Shown here: piece by piece, positions 1-7,565 of the stretch
Layout: each line of letters starts with the position of its first letter
Position numbering within the stretch: position 1 is the stretch's first letter
Assembly: GCA_050012755.1 (NCBI GenBank)
Contig: JBEKGO010000006.1
Location: 24,184-88,183 of the forward strand
Length of the DNA: 64,000 nt
Reading direction: 5' to 3'
Origin: Candidatus Bathyarchaeia archaeon
GTDB taxonomy: Archaea > Thermoproteota > Bathyarchaeia > Bathyarchaeales > Bathycorpusculaceae
The notes under the pieces: generated by a model
Seen by the model: the letters and a program-made list of their open reading frames with translations, nothing else
What the model was told of the DNA's origin: nothing
The model's database searches: none
Position numbers and translations under genes: made by a program

Positions 1-567
1 TTCCACTTTGGAATAAATACTCTCGGAGGAGGTAACGATGCTCTATACGATGATTATGTTGTCACAAGCATGAGCGGTAATGCAGGCGCAGTCTCCTTCT
101 GGAGTTGTGGCGGAAACAACGTTTCTTATTGCAGTATCATCGGTGAATCTGCGATTGACATGCAGTTTGGTTCAAGCCGCAACACCATAACTGATAACAA
201 CTTTGTTGGTAGCGTTTGGGTCGAGATAGGTGGAGATGAGACAGTTGATAGAAACTACTGGAGTGACTACTTTACAAGATATCCTAATGCAACCGAAATA
301 GATTCAACTGGAATAGGCAATACACCGTATGTATTTTATTCATACGTAAACAATGCATCCGGTCTGACTAGCAGTCCACTCTATGATTACCACCCTCAAA
401 TTAAACCGCTTAGCCTTTCGTTCTTTCCAAGTGGCGCATCATTTGCTTCAACAAATCAACAAGCGTCAATTGCCGAATTCCCGTTAGCGATAATTGCTCT
501 TGCCGTTGTACTTATAACAAGCACATTGGTGGCCTTTGTGTACAAAATAGGACGCCCAAAATCTTGA
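1..567 (+). CDS. C-terminal part of a secreted NosD/parallel beta-helix repeat protein with PEF-CTERM-like anchor (5' end outside window)
   Basis: Frame is open from base 1. Contains NTITDNNF and RNYWSDYFTRYPNATEIDSTGIGNTPY motifs typical of archaeal NosD-like proteins, then IAEFP, a TM helix and a basic tail. Confidence 0.75.
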   Translation, partial: FHFGINTLGGGNDALYDDYVVTSMSGNAGAVSFWSCGGNNVSYCSIIGESAIDMQFGSSRNTITDNNFVGSVWVEIGGDETVDRNYWSDYFTRYPNATEIDSTGIGNTPYVFYSYVNNASGLTSSPLYDYHPQIKPLSLSFFPSGASFASTNQQASIAEFPLAIIALAVVLITSTLVAFVYKIGRPKS

Positions 568-616
568 CACACTCATTTTTCAAGATTGGATATGGACTGT
601 TTTTCAGATTCAAGTT

Positions 617-1504
617 CTATGTTGCTAGTGCATCCACTAAGGCTTTGACGTCTTTAATCCACGTGGTTATCGTTTCGATGTTCTCTGTCTGTTTATGTGA
701 AATTTTGTGCAATCCTTTTAACTCGTCAAGTTGGTGCTGATAATATCTAGCCAATTGGTTTAGTGACTTTGTGAACTGTGTTGCCGATTCACCATGTTCC
801 AGTTTGTCCCCTAAGCTACTAAGCATGCTCTGCACCTCGTCCACTGACATACTACTGTTTTTCTCAAAGTCTTGAAGCACCCATTGTTTGACGAGCATGT
901 TGCGGTTCCTCCAACCAGCGGATTGCTCAGTGAATGTTTTGAGTACGGCTTGGTAAAGTTGGGTGACACGATTTGTGTGAAGTTCCTGTGTTTGAGGCGT
1001 TTCTTCGGTTGTCATCTGAGTCTGGGAATTACGTAGCGGCTCAGCAGAGGAGACGGTTAAGCTCACAGAAAGCCTAAGTGGGGCATCCAACGCCATCCAC
1101 AGCCTGCTTAGCTCTTTCAGAGAAAGCGAATCTATCTTCACCGCTAGCTCGCTCTTGTTCTCCGCATCTGCAACTTCAAGAAATGGCTTGTCTAAAAACA
1201 TCTGAATTATTTTTGCAAGCAGTGCATGGTCGTCTTTGTCGTTTTCGGTAAATGGAGTAATGAGATAATGAAGGGCAAAAGAGGCATTGGTGTTTCCTGC
1301 CACTGTTTCTTCAGTTATGTTGTATAGAAAAATCGTCAGCTTTTTGTTTCCTCGACTGATTGCGGTTTTTGGAGAAGAAAATGAAATCTGCTCTCGGGTT
1401 GAGACTGTCGCTGTTGTGGCGGAATCATTTTCTATGCATTCCCAAATTAGATTTGCAAGCGCCGTGTCGACATGCGATATGAGGTCTTTTTGATCCATAG
1501 ACAT
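617..1504 (-). CDS. DUF4255/Pvc16-like N-terminal domain fused to a helical C-terminal domain
   Basis: ISHVDTALANLI...ISFSSP...LTIFLYNITEE...LHYLITP...DHALLAKIIQ...LSLKELSRLWMAL..PLRLSVSLTV follows the DUF4255 pattern. Confidence 0.7.
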   Translation of the reverse strand: MSMDQKDLISHVDTALANLIWECIENDSATTATVSTREQISFSSPKTAISRGNKKLTIFLYNITEETVAGNTNASFALHYLITPFTENDKDDHALLAKIIQMFLDKPFLEVADAENKSELAVKIDSLSLKELSRLWMALDAPLRLSVSLTVSSAEPLRNSQTQMTTEETPQTQELHTNRVTQLYQAVLKTFTEQSAGWRNRNMLVKQWVLQDFEKNSSMSVDEVQSMLSSLGDKLEHGESATQFTKSLNQLARYYQHQLDELKGLHKISHKQTENIETITTWIKDVKALVDALAT

Positions 1505-1570
1505 CGTTTAACTAACGTGGTCAAGTTCCTAAAAAGAGTTAGCCAAATTTCCAGCTGCGTTTTTACATAA

Positions 1571-1597
1571 TAGCCCGGGATAGGTTCAAACTCTCGT
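1571..1597 (-). repeat. Degenerate direct repeat of the tRNA-Gln 3' end (att-like site)
   Basis: tagcccgggataggttcaaactctcgt versus tagcccgggagagattcgaactctcgt at 5559-5585: 24/27 identical, same orientation. Confidence 0.8.
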
Positions 1598-2007
1598 TCA
1601 AACATTTTTCAATTACTATCAATTTGAGAGCAAAAAGTAGCTGGATTGCTATTAAAACGGCTACATTTCTATCGCTTTTTGATAGTATACCCGAGAGTTC
1701 GACCATTTTCAGCAGTCATGTTGTGTATATGTTATGACGCACCAGAAAACAAGAATTAAAGTGGCGCTTGTTTCAGAAATACTGCTTAATACAAGGCGTA
1801 CTTTAGAAATGGGCTCTTAATAATACCACTTATAACCCACGTTTGCACTTACGTTTTAATTATTAGATTTGTTTTGATACGATGATTTTTGAGAGTATGT
1901 CTGTGTATTTAGGTCAACTTTAAGCGCCTTATTATCGGTAAACTGAAGGTAACAGATCCCATTTTCACTTTTTCTCAATTTGGGCTAATTACTGAACCAC
2001 TTTTTCT

Positions 2008-2319
2008 TTACGTACGACGTTTTCGTCGCCGAATTAAAATCATCACTCCGTAGAGCACTCCTCCAGTGAATAGCGACATAAAGACTCCTTGAAACAGATT
2101 ATACGCCAGACCATAACCATCATAAAAATTAGAGATTAAACCAAACGATAAGAAGATACTTACCATAATTATAATAATTGCCTCGTTTGGAAGCTCTCTA
2201 ATCTTGAAATGTTGCTTTAACCTGTTTTCAAATGAGGACAAAGTGGTTTTTTGGGGGTTTGGCAAAGAGGGCTCTTTTGGAAGCCAACCTCGAAAAAGAT
2301 TCTCTATGCGCTTTTTCAT
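2008..2319 (-). CDS. Small 2-TM membrane protein with N-terminal RGWLPKEPSLP motif
   Basis: Two hydrophobic helices, poly-Arg tail, ATGA overlap with the upstream gene. Confidence 0.75.
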   Translation of the reverse strand: MKKRIENLFRGWLPKEPSLPNPQKTTLSSFENRLKQHFKIRELPNEAIIIIMVSIFLSFGLISNFYDGYGLAYNLFQGVFMSLFTGGVLYGVMILIRRRKRRT

Positions 2320-3365
2320 ATTTCCAATACTCCAAAATTCGTTTTGTCAGCCCAGAGGTTCCCAAAAACCTTATCGTTAAATCCTACTTTTGCATTGACA
2401 GCCACTGAAAAGTGCGTTCCTTGAGGAACCCACAAGTCTGTTGAAAATGTTTCGCTTTGTTTGGGGTGGAGTGTTGATTCTGTCCAGCTTATTTTCGTTT
2501 TATAGTCAGAATTAACCAGAACGGTTTCAGGGTTTCCAATGTACAATGTTGCGATGCCTAGTCCGATGCCTATCGGAGTCCCGGGACTTGCTTGTGGCTC
2601 CCAATCAGTTGTGGCAGTTTCGTTTTGGGTGTCTATAGAGGCATTTACGATGGCAGAGTTAAAATTTCTTTGTGGACACTGCAAATCTATCTCTAAATAG
2701 TAGTAGTCTTTCTTGCTGTCAAGGTCCGCGTATTGGTATACGTTGACGCCGACGTTAAAACTGCCGTTATTACTTGTTTGGCTCAGGCTTTTTATCATTG
2801 TTTTTGAAGGATTAATTATTTGTGGGTCCGCGGCGTAAACAGGCGCAAACGATGCGACGCATAACAACACCAACAATGCCACGGGCGCCACCTGAATCAA
2901 CTTTGAGGACGCGATACCTTTGCCCATGCGTAGCGCTACCAGATAAACTAAGACAACAGCTTCCAAAGGCAATGCGAACCTTAGCGGAACAACGTAAAAT
3001 GCAACAAGCGATATTGCCAAAAATATAATGGCTATGTCTACCCAACCTTTTTTCAATGTGAGCAAGCCTGCGCCAACAACAAACAAGGCAACGCTGTCTG
3101 TTGCTGTTACTGTAGCCATAAGGAACTGCACGTTAAAAGAGAGGTAGCCAAGTTGTGTTACCTGCTGTATAAGTGCCATTATTGCGCCAAAACCGAATAT
3201 CCAAAGCAAAGCGGTAACGAGCTTCAAGCCTAGTGGCGCTCGGCTTAAGAAAATTCTTGGGGCTTTTTTATTCTGTGAATTTGACGCATTTAAGGTTCTG
3301 GGAAGGCTTGGTTCTTTAGGTAACCAACCGCGAATGCGGCCTTGAAGGTACTTTAGTGGTTTCAT
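2316..3365 (-). CDS. Multi-TM membrane protein with N-terminal RGWLPKEPSLP motif and C-terminal beta-rich extracellular domain
   Basis: About 5 hydrophobic segments followed by a Ser/Thr/Asn-rich soluble domain; ATGA overlaps at both ends. Confidence 0.8.
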   Translation of the reverse strand: MKPLKYLQGRIRGWLPKEPSLPRTLNASNSQNKKAPRIFLSRAPLGLKLVTALLWIFGFGAIMALIQQVTQLGYLSFNVQFLMATVTATDSVALFVVGAGLLTLKKGWVDIAIIFLAISLVAFYVVPLRFALPLEAVVLVYLVALRMGKGIASSKLIQVAPVALLVLLCVASFAPVYAADPQIINPSKTMIKSLSQTSNNGSFNVGVNVYQYADLDSKKDYYYLEIDLQCPQRNFNSAIVNASIDTQNETATTDWEPQASPGTPIGIGLGIATLYIGNPETVLVNSDYKTKISWTESTLHPKQSETFSTDLWVPQGTHFSVAVNAKVGFNDKVFGNLWADKTNFGVLEI

Positions 3366-3841
3366 GTACTCAACTCCGGAATAAGTTTACTGAAAATTAC
3401 GCGAGCTAATTTGGCTGGGTGAATACTTTGGGCATCTTCCACTGTTATGCCTCTTTCTTTGGCTATGTCAATTAGATACTGCCGGGTTTGGTTTAGGAAG
3501 GCTGTGTCGGTGACTTCTTCAGGGTTGTCGTGCCAGTACCAAACTTTTATTCCGTAATTTGTGCTGTAGGTGAGGATGGCTTTGCGTTTTAAGGCGGGGT
3601 GATAAGCTAAAAGTATGCCTTCTTTGGGGTACAGTTTTGTGATTTGGAGGTCGTTTGCTTGGGCTACATCCAAAAGCGTGATTGATAACTTGGCTTCAGT
3701 TGCTAACTTTGTTTGGTTAATGAACTGCCTAGTAGTGTTAAGTTTGTCGGCAATTGTGGCGGCGGATAAACCTCTGCTTATCAAGGACCAAACGAGTTTT
3801 TGTTTCTGAGTTAATGGTGATGCTAAGGTGGAAGATACCAA
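3362..3841 (-). CDS. Tfx/LuxR/sigma70-region4-like HTH DNA-binding protein (probable start TTG 3841; ORF track extends to 3898)
   Basis: LTQKQKLVWSLISRGLSAATIADKLNTTRQFINQ is an HTH pattern; a TATA-like box lies just upstream of the TTG. Confidence 0.75.
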   Translation of the reverse strand: MVSSTLASPLTQKQKLVWSLISRGLSAATIADKLNTTRQFINQTKLATEAKLSITLLDVAQANDLQITKLYPKEGILLAYHPALKRKAILTYSTNYGIKVWYWHDNPEEVTDTAFLNQTRQYLIDIAKERGITVEDAQSIHPAKLARVIFSKLIPELST

Positions 3842-3863
3842 CGTACACACGACGTAAATAATA

Positions 3864-3884
3864 AATTGTTTACAATTATTTAAG
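3864..3884 (-). promoter_or_regulatory. TATA box with abutting palindromic operator
   Basis: Minus-strand CTTAAATA (3884-3877) runs directly into AATTGT-N2-ACAATT (3864-3877). Confidence 0.5.
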
Positions 3885-3973
3885 GTTTCAGTCGGCAAAG
3901 ATTAAAGGTCATTCTAATGGCGACGTATATAGTCAGCCATCGCCGCGTCAACCAAAGGTCGTGTTCAATTTGG

Positions 3974-3990
3974 TTTGAACAGTGTTCAAA
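3974..3990. promoter_or_regulatory. Palindromic operator candidate
   Basis: Perfect TTTGAAC-AGT-GTTCAAA just upstream of the TATA-like CTTATA of the 4041 gene, with an extra half-site GTGTTCAA at 3961. Confidence 0.5.
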
Positions 3991-4040
3991 AGTGTAGGCT
4001 TATACATCGCATCGCTGATTAAAATTGCAGGTGCCCAATC

Positions 4041-4862
4041 TTGAGTTTACCTAAGAGAAGTTTGATTAAGCCAATTGTTGCAGCGGTAATACTTGTGCTT
4101 CTAATAAGTGGAATAGCCATCTTTGTTCTTCCAAAGTACATTTACATTAGCCCTTTTTCCTCGTTCTACGGTTCAGGCGTTGTTTACTACAAGACTGTAG
4201 GATATAGCACTGAAATTAATGGCAGTCAATTACCAACATACTTGGTTTCAGTTACATTGTTAAACGATGACCCAGTGAATCATTTCTCGGGTGGAAATAC
4301 TAACACATACACTGTTTCCAAGGCAGATTGGGATGTGATTGCCCCCGGAGATGGCGTGAATATTAAGCTTTTACCTAACGCACATGCACAGTTGGTTGAT
4401 CAATTTCCAAACCCCGGTGGTACTCCTGCATGGCAATCGGTACCTGCAGACTTGCCGCTTACCCTTAATGTAACTTCCAACAAACCTCAATATACTATTG
4501 GAGAAACCGCCAACTTTACCGTTCGCTTAATCAACGACCCTGCGTTGTCAAGCGGCATACCTTCCAATGTTTCACTTTCCCTTTTCAAAGATTGCATATT
4601 TTATACCTTCTTAAACGCAAAAATAATTACTTCAAATGACAATCTGCTCCAATATGACAATCCGCTTGAAATCAAAACTGTAAGTCTTCAGCCAAACCAA
4701 GAGATTGACTATTCATTCAATTGGAATCTCACAAATATTCAGCCAGGCACTTGTTTTGTGCGAGCATATATCGGATACTATCCTCCATTACAGGGTCAGT
4801 CGACAACGCTGTTTAGGTCGATAACGCTTACGGCAACAACGACGATCGATGTGACTAAATAA
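4041..4862 (+). CDS. Membrane-anchored extracellular protein with Ig-like C-terminal domain
   Basis: N-terminal TM anchor; TSNKPQYTIGETANFTVRLIN...FNWN...PGT pattern of Ig/BsuPI-like folds. Confidence 0.7.
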   Translation: MSLPKRSLIKPIVAAVILVLLISGIAIFVLPKYIYISPFSSFYGSGVVYYKTVGYSTEINGSQLPTYLVSVTLLNDDPVNHFSGGNTNTYTVSKADWDVIAPGDGVNIKLLPNAHAQLVDQFPNPGGTPAWQSVPADLPLTLNVTSNKPQYTIGETANFTVRLINDPALSSGIPSNVSLSLFKDCIFYTFLNAKIITSNDNLLQYDNPLEIKTVSLQPNQEIDYSFNWNLTNIQPGTCFVRAYIGYYPPLQGQSTTLFRSITLTATTTIDVTK

Positions 4863-5291
4863 ATGACAGATCGAAACGCTGACAGAAAGAACGAAGAGGT
4901 TTTGCATGGTAAAACCCTGCTCGTCTACCGATTCATTATAACCAAAAACGAGCCTGTCGGCGTAAGAGAAATCCAGCGGAAACTAAAGTTTAGTAGCCCC
5001 TCTCTTGCTCAATACCACATAGACAAACTGAAGAATGAAGGCTTAATAAAAGAAGAAACAGGCGGATACATAGCGGATAAAGTCATTTTAAAGAATCTTG
5101 TACGATTTAGAAATATGCTGATTCCCCGTTTTTTCTTCTATTTCTTGGTCTTCACCCTCGGCTTCATCGTGGAGCTTACTTTGCTACTTCCACCAATTGT
5201 CACCAGAGAATATGCGGTCGCTGTCGGGTTCACGTTGGCTGGTGCCGTAGCCTTTGGTGTTGAGACCTACAGAAACTGGAGAAGACTGTAA
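4863..5291 (+). CDS. Membrane-tethered winged-helix transcription regulator
   Basis: GVREIQRKLKFSSPSLAQYHIDKLKNEGLI wHTH followed by two C-terminal TM helices. Confidence 0.8.
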   Translation: MTDRNADRKNEEVLHGKTLLVYRFIITKNEPVGVREIQRKLKFSSPSLAQYHIDKLKNEGLIKEETGGYIADKVILKNLVRFRNMLIPRFFFYFLVFTLGFIVELTLLLPPIVTREYAVAVGFTLAGAVAFGVETYRNWRRL

Positions 5292-5558
5292 CTACTTCTG
5301 TCTAGGGCAAATTCAGCTCGGACCCAAGATTGCATGTAGCCCAAGAAGGTTATCATGCTTCTGTGTGAGCCCTTTATTCTTTTAAGGTGAGCCTAATTGC
5401 GGGGCCTAGATTATCGTATGGGTCTCTATGGTTCCAGACTCAGTTAAAGGTGAGGCCGTCCAGTTCCCCCATAGAATTTGCCAAACGTTCTCCGCTTCCA
5501 AACTTGTTCGCTCTTTTTGATTCGAGAGTTTGAAAGTCGACCTAACTAGTGTTTGATG

Positions 5559-5631
5559 TAGCCCGGGAGAGATTCGAACTCTCGTCAAGGGCTCCAGAGG
5601 CCCCTATGCTTGACCACTACACCACCGGGCT
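5559..5631 (-). tRNA. tRNA-Gln(CTG), intronless, CCA not encoded
   Basis: Cloverleaf AGCCCGG...GGGGC-CT-CTG-GA-GCCCT...GAGAG-TTCGAAT-CTCTC-CCGGGCT-A. Confidence 0.96.
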
Positions 5632-5682
5632 GCAGGTTTCAAATAAAACATCGTTCCAATTATTAACTTTAACTTGACCTGA

Positions 5683-5889
5683 TTAGCCGCCGTTTTTCTT
5701 CTTTAACGCTTCTCGTGCACAGTAGCATTCTTGGCTAACTTTATTCCAGTCCTCGCAGTGCCAAAGTGTGTCAACTATTGGGTTCTTGTTTTGTGCGTGT
5801 CGGGTTGAGCAAAAAACTTTTGTTGGGTAATCGTATGAGTTGTGGCTGTCACAGTTACCGCAGTACTTTTCCACATCGTCGCCTGTCAT
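5683..5889 (-). CDS. Small Cys-rich (probable metal-binding) protein
   Basis: CGNC...C...C...CYC; ATGA overlap with the deoxyhypusine synthase gene. Confidence 0.7.
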   Translation of the reverse strand: MTGDDVEKYCGNCDSHNSYDYPTKVFCSTRHAQNKNPIVDTLWHCEDWNKVSQECYCAREALKKKNGG

Positions 5890-6914
5890 GGTTTAGCTTC
5901 CTTTATTTGGTTTTCAAATTCTAGAAAAGGAGTTCGCGTGAAGCTTTGGCCTAATCTTTCCGTTACCGAGGCAACAATAAATGGGAAAACCATCAATGCC
6001 TCCCCTATAACCATTACGTGGTCAGCTTGACCCTTCATTTTTCCCCAACTTACCGTCTCCTCCAAAGTTGAGCCTGATAAACCACCCGTTTCAGGACGAT
6101 CCAGAGTGATGACTATAGCGTAATCTAGGCCTTTCTTGGAAGCCAACGCTGAAGACTGGATAGTGTTTCGCGGCACTCCTCCGCCAATTACTATCATTCC
6201 GTTCTTAGGTGACTTAGCGCAGATATTGCAAACTGTTGCCACATCTTTGAATGCGTCAAGCAAAAGCACCGGTTTGGGGTTTTGCTGTGCTGAATGAAGC
6301 CAGTGGATAAAGCCGAATTCTGAGTCTCTTACAGCTGGAAGAAAAATTGGGACGTTCTCTTCATATGCCGCTCGGAGAATAGAGTTTTTGTCTGTAAGAC
6401 GTTTGCCTATTTCCCAGCTGAACTCGTTTGAAGCTAAACTATCTCCTTTGTGCTCGGCGGCAATATCATCGTACATTTCTGAAAGCTTGAAATCTAATTT
6501 GACATAGTCTTCTTCTGGAACGAAAATGTCGTATATTCGGAAAAGATGATATTTGTAGAGTTCAGTGTCATTTACTGCCCAGCCTCCAATGTAGTGATGC
6601 CCACCCACGGCTTCGATAGCATCGTGAACCATGCATGCACCAGTGCTGACAATCACGTCGACTAGTCTTTTTCTGATCAAATCAGTGATTAACATTCGCA
6701 TGCCAGCAGGGACAACCGCGCCTGAAAGAGCTAGGAAGATTGTGCAGTCTTTGTCTTTGAGCATTTTCTCGTAAATATCACACGCTGCCGATAAGCGTCC
6801 AGCGCCAAGAGCGCCTGAACCTTTAAACTGCTGCATTAACTGGTCAACGGTTAAAGTCCCGTCGATTTTTATGTGTTTGACTGGGGTGTGGAGGTAATCT
6901 TTTCTTTCCATCAA
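5886..6914 (-). CDS. dys: Deoxyhypusine synthase family protein
   Basis: STGACMVHD, IGGGVPRN, GGLSGS and VSWGK (catalytic Lys) motifs. Confidence 0.9.
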   Translation of the reverse strand: MMERKDYLHTPVKHIKIDGTLTVDQLMQQFKGSGALGAGRLSAACDIYEKMLKDKDCTIFLALSGAVVPAGMRMLITDLIRKRLVDVIVSTGACMVHDAIEAVGGHHYIGGWAVNDTELYKYHLFRIYDIFVPEEDYVKLDFKLSEMYDDIAAEHKGDSLASNEFSWEIGKRLTDKNSILRAAYEENVPIFLPAVRDSEFGFIHWLHSAQQNPKPVLLLDAFKDVATVCNICAKSPKNGMIVIGGGVPRNTIQSSALASKKGLDYAIVITLDRPETGGLSGSTLEETVSWGKMKGQADHVMVIGEALMVFPFIVASVTERLGQSFTRTPFLEFENQIKEAKP

Positions 6915-7086
6915 AGTTGCGCCTGAATTATTAGTATTGCTGGATTATGGAAATAGGTTTCTATATTTAAGATAAACCTTTAGAAAAGTAAATATGAGTA
7001 TACAGAATTATCCTGAGGAAAATCTTCCTTGAACCTTTTTAAGACGGTCTTCCGAAAGAAAGTATTTCCCCTTTTAATTTCCGCTG

Positions 7087-7470
7087 TTATTTTTTGAGTA
7101 GACCTAGTATTCCGCCTATTAAGCCGAGGATTAAGCCTACTAGCCAGCCGCCACCTGCAATGATGCTTAAGATAGCGAATATTAGGACAATTATGCTTCC
7201 TGCCATTTGTGTTTTTGGATTATAAATCAAGATGGCTCCAACTATGATTGTGATGGCAAGAACTATGCCAATTGCTCCATCCGCTCTTATTGCTAAACCT
7301 AAGACTCTATGCCAAATCCTATCTGTCCCAAGAACCGCCAATGCTTCGCCGCGTATTATTCTTACTAAGCCTTCAAGTAAAACCAAAATTCCGCCTACCA
7401 GAGATAAGGCAAAGGCTAAAGTTGCTTTTTTAGGAACGGAAATAGGCTGCTGTGTGTTTGATTGCTGCAA
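7087..7470 (-). CDS. Small 4-TM membrane protein (DUF4064-like)
   Basis: AFALSLVGGILVL...GGGWLVGLILGLIGGILGL glycine-zipper helices. Confidence 0.7.
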   Translation of the reverse strand: MQQSNTQQPISVPKKATLAFALSLVGGILVLLEGLVRIIRGEALAVLGTDRIWHRVLGLAIRADGAIGIVLAITIIVGAILIYNPKTQMAGSIIVLIFAILSIIAGGGWLVGLILGLIGGILGLLKK

Positions 7471-7565
7471 TACAATATCCTCTTAAAATTTTATTGAAGC
7501 AAGCGATAATTTAAGGCTTATTCACCAAACATTAAGTTGATAAACCAGCAGAATAAGAAAACATA

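Larger units (their letters stand above)
1571..5585. mobile_element. Putative integrase-less genomic islet inserted at the tRNA-Gln 3' end
   Basis: Bounded by tRNA-Gln and the degenerate copy of its 3' end. Cargo is five hypothetical or regulatory genes; no integrase seen. Confidence 0.55.

Noticed and set aside
5406-5588. 60-aa ORF containing ENVWQ, reminiscent of IS630 transposase
   Set aside because: It starts inside the tRNA, the match is only a few residues, and there are no DDE motifs or terminal repeats.
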